A stretch of DNA of 64,000 nt from an uncultured delta proteobacterium (lineage in GTDB: Bacteria > Desulfobacterota > Desulfomonilia > UBA1062): contig CAWAUM010000003.1 of the NCBI GenBank assembly GCA_963785235.1, positions 352,001 to 416,000 of the forward strand. The letters are read 5' to 3'. Each line of letters begins with the position of its first letter. The first letter of the stretch is position 1. Positions 61,133 through 64,000 of this stretch are shown piece by piece. The notes beneath the pieces are model-generated. The model searched no databases, was not told the origin of the DNA, and worked only from the letters and a program-made list of their open reading frames with translations. The translations under genes and the position numbers were made by a program.

Positions 61133-61722
61133 ACCATATCACCTCTCCACTGCGGCCCGATGTCATTAAATGCCTTTGCGCAGGCGACATGGTGAGCATC
61201 TCCGGCCGTATCGTGACAGGCCGCGACCGGGTTCACAAATTCCTTGCAGAAGGTGGGGAGCCACCCATAAATCTCGAAGGGCTGGTGATCTACCATTGCG
61301 GCCCTATAGTTATCCAGAAAAACGGCCTGTGGGAGATCGTGGCAGCAGGCCCCACGACCTCCATACGGGAGGAGCCCTTTGAGGCGGATATTATTTCACA
61401 CTTCAAGCCCGGAGCCATTATGGGGAAAGGCGGCATGGGGGAAAAGACCCTGAAGGCATTGTCTTCAAACGGGTGCGTGTATCTCCATGCAACCGGCGGC
61501 GCAGCGCAGTTCCTGGCAGAGCGAATCATTCAGGTGGAAGGCGTATATCTTGCCGAGTTCGGTCAACCGGAGGCCATGTGGGTATTGACTGTGGACAATT
61601 TTCCGGCGATGGTGACCATGGACTCTCATGGAAGGTCCCTTCACTCAACTATCCAAGATGAATCATCGAAACGGCTCAAAGCGTTATATGAACACCCTAT
61701 CAAGAAAGATAGTCACACGTGA
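61123..61722 (+). CDS. Fe-S hydro-lyase beta subunit (FumA C-terminus/TtdB)
   Basis: TGRDRVH, YHCGP, AGPTTSIRE, GKGGM, PEAMW. Confidence 0.9.
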   Translation: MDVNHITSPLRPDVIKCLCAGDMVSISGRIVTGRDRVHKFLAEGGEPPINLEGLVIYHCGPIVIQKNGLWEIVAAGPTTSIREEPFEADIISHFKPGAIMGKGGMGEKTLKALSSNGCVYLHATGGAAQFLAERIIQVEGVYLAEFGQPEAMWVLTVDNFPAMVTMDSHGRSLHSTIQDESSKRLKALYEHPIKKDSHT

Positions 61723-61752
61723 CATAAACAAACCACCACAGGAGGTAGTTTA

Positions 61753-62538
61753 ATGAACGTACAAGAGATGTTTGATCTCAAGGGCAAGGTCGCCATCATC
61801 ACCGGTGGCGGCAGGGGCATCGGCAAATTCATCGCAACCGGAATGGCAGAGGCAGGTGCTCATGTAGTTCTAGCGTCCAGGAAGCTGGCCAACTGCGAAA
61901 AGGTAGCCCAGGAACTGGCCAAGCTCGGGGTAAAGACGCTCGCACTGAAGTGCGATACCGGTTCCGAGGAAGATATCACAAACCTGGTTGAAACCACCAT
62001 GAAGGAGTTCGGGAAGATCGACATCCTGGTGAATAATGCAGGCATCACATGGGGCGCACCTACCCTGGAATTTCCTCTGGACAGATGGGACAAGATCTTT
62101 GAGGTGAATGTCCGGGGCGTTTGGATCCTTACCCAGAAGGTCGCCAACATCATGAAGGAAAAAGGCGGCGGTAAGATCATAAACATCTCGTCCATCTTCG
62201 GCTCCCGCGGGTCCATTGAGGAAGGTCATCCTGCCGTTGCCTACAACTCATCCAAGGCAGCCATTGAGGTGCTCACTAAAAACCTTGCCGTGAAACTCTC
62301 CCGCTATAACATCTACATCAATTGCATCGCACCCGGTTTCTTCCGGACAGACATGATGGAATACATCTTCAAACCCGACATGAAGCCCATCCTCGACCTG
62401 ACAGTCGCACAGATCCCGCTTCTCAAGTACGGGGAGGAAGACCACGTCAAGGGCCTTGCAGTATTCCTGGCATCCAAGGCATCGGATTTCATGACAGGGA
62501 CCATTATCCCGTTAGATGGCGGAATGGCGGCGAAGTAA
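61753..62538 (+). CDS. SDR family oxidoreductase
   Basis: TGGGRGIG, NNAG, YNSSK, DGG; SD AGGAGG. Confidence 0.93.
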   Translation: MNVQEMFDLKGKVAIITGGGRGIGKFIATGMAEAGAHVVLASRKLANCEKVAQELAKLGVKTLALKCDTGSEEDITNLVETTMKEFGKIDILVNNAGITWGAPTLEFPLDRWDKIFEVNVRGVWILTQKVANIMKEKGGGKIINISSIFGSRGSIEEGHPAVAYNSSKAAIEVLTKNLAVKLSRYNIYINCIAPGFFRTDMMEYIFKPDMKPILDLTVAQIPLLKYGEEDHVKGLAVFLASKASDFMTGTIIPLDGGMAAK

Positions 62539-62557
62539 TAATAACAAAGAAAAGAAC

Positions 62558-62591
62558 CTTGTGAAGAGGGGGTTTTACCCCTCTTCACAAG
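62558..62591. terminator. Terminator-like hairpin between convergent genes
   Basis: CTTGTGAAGAGGGG-GTTTTA-CCCCTCTTCACAAG, 14-bp perfect stem. Confidence 0.7.
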
Positions 62592-62674
62592 ACGATTCAA
62601 AAAAGGTGTTATAGGGGGAGTGTCAGCCTGGCAGCATGAGATTGACTCCCCTGCAGGGATTATCTTTTTTACCC

Positions 62675-62983
62675 TTAAAGAACTACTACTGAATTCTCAG
62701 CGCCTCCATACTCAGAATAAACATACTTGTCTGCACTGCAGTCGTTTTTCCATACAGTTTCGTCGAGGAGATAACGGAACTGATATTCGTTTCCGCATGA
62801 GAGATTTGTAGAGGCCGCAAACGATCCATCTTTTGATTTCTTCATAGGTGTTGCTCCTACCTCCCAGTCATTGAAGTCCCCTACTACGCATGCTGAGTTG
62901 GCTGATCTGGCCATATCTCCGGACAAAGAGAATATCACCCTGCACACATCCCTATTCTTTACATACATCTTTCTGATTCCCAT
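62675..62983 (-). CDS. Isoamylase early-set (CBM48-like glycogen-binding) protein
   Basis: VVGDFNDW..PMKK..GSF, EYQFRYL..WKND..AD, ENSVV. Confidence 0.85.
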   Translation of the reverse strand: MGIRKMYVKNRDVCRVIFSLSGDMARSANSACVVGDFNDWEVGATPMKKSKDGSFAASTNLSCGNEYQFRYLLDETVWKNDCSADKYVYSEYGGAENSVVVL

Positions 62984-63214
62984 AAAATCTGCCTCCTTAA
63001 AATTGTACTATGGGCCTGCATCATCTTTACAGCTGCCTCATGATAATTCTACAGGTTCCTTAAGGAAAAACCATGGTTAAGATTGATAAATTAATAACAG
63101 GTAAATGATACTATTTTTTAACAAAACAAAACGATGTACACCCATGGATCGGGGCAAGACTCGTGGATCACTCAGCCCCAAAGGACAGGAGCTCCCTCTT
63201 CCTCTTTCTTTACC

Positions 63215-64000
63215 TCAAAGCTTCCTGGTCAGATATCGGTCCTGATCCATATCCTGCAAATAAACGGCATAATAGTCCTCATCAGGATTATTATACCAGT
63301 TCATGCCCTGATCCCGGCACGCCTTGCAGGCGCCATGCGGTACATGTATGCCTAGGATTCGATAGCCCGTGGATGCAGCCGAGTCGAGCTTGAATGTACC
63401 CGGGCAGGCATCGCAGTAACGAAATACCTCCTGCTGGTTTTCCGTTATGCCGTCCGTGTCATAGAAGATGTTCCTGAACCTTTCTACGAACGGCCTTCTC
63501 TCCGGCCTCAAGCCTTCACGGGCCTGCCACATGGAAAGGATCTGATCGCACAGCCGTTTCGTGTAGTCTGAAATTCTCGGATCCTGCTGTAATTTTTCCC
63601 TGTCGAGGTCCGGTTCCAGCACGTAAGAATAATCCACACCGGCCAGGGCAAGAATAATACCCGTATTCACATAGGGAAGTGCGGCTTCTATGGAGTATCC
63701 GCCTTCCAGAACACAAATGTCGGGTTTGAGAATTTCGTTGAGCCTTGCATATCCCCCGGCAGTGAACGACATATTGGTGATGGGATCGGAATAATGATTA
63801 TCCTGACCTGCAGAGTTGATGATGAGGTCTGGCTTGAATTCATTGATAACCGGCATCACAAGATTTTCCATTGCATGGAGGATGCCCTCATCGCAGGTCT
63901 TAGGCGGCAAAGGGATATTCAGTGTATACCCGCAGGCATTGGGCCCGCCATACTCGGATGGAAACCCGGACCCCGGGTACAATGTTCTGCCGTCTTGGTG
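63215..64000 (-). CDS. Histone deacetylase family protein (N-terminus beyond right edge)
   Basis: HQDGRTLYPGSG, NIPLPP, SAGQDNH..DP, VLEGGY. Confidence 0.9.
   Translation of the reverse strand, partial: HQDGRTLYPGSGFPSEYGGPNACGYTLNIPLPPKTCDEGILHAMENLVMPVINEFKPDLIINSAGQDNHYSDPITNMSFTAGGYARLNEILKPDICVLEGGYSIEAALPYVNTGIILALAGVDYSYVLEPDLDREKLQQDPRISDYTKRLCDQILSMWQAREGLRPERRPFVERFRNIFYDTDGITENQQEVFRYCDACPGTFKLDSAASTGYRILGIHVPHGACKACRDQGMNWYNNPDEDYYAVYLQDMDQDRYLTRKL

Overview
Bacterial chromosomal segment, most consistent with an anaerobic deltaproteobacterium (Desulfobacterota-like; inferred from gene content only). It holds about 55 mostly housekeeping, transport and signalling genes, with no rRNA, tRNA, CRISPR array, transposase or prophage that I can see. 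Several genes are broken by single-base frameshifts (3.5-6 kb, 38-42.5 kb, 47.8 kb), probably sequencing errors. Highlights: (1) an operon of lysine 2,3-aminomutase (KamA), two D-Ala-D-Ala-ligase-like ATP-grasp enzymes and a GNAT, preceded by a structured leader with a 21-codon uORF and divergent from a MacAB-type exporter; this is the best candidate for an undescribed beta-lysine peptide pathway. (2) Tandem KimA/YdaO K+ transporter genes, each with its own sigma70-like promoter and c-di-AMP riboswitch whose predicted pseudoknot hides the SD of a short upstream ORF that appears coupled to the transporter start. (3) A stand-alone GrdB/PrdB-like selenoprotein with an in-frame UGA, UxxC motif and SECIS-like hairpin. 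(4) A leucine leader-peptide attenuator upstream of leuA. Also present: EndoQ+UvrD and MrfAB-like repair pairs, REP-like palindromes and a long intergenic hairpin.
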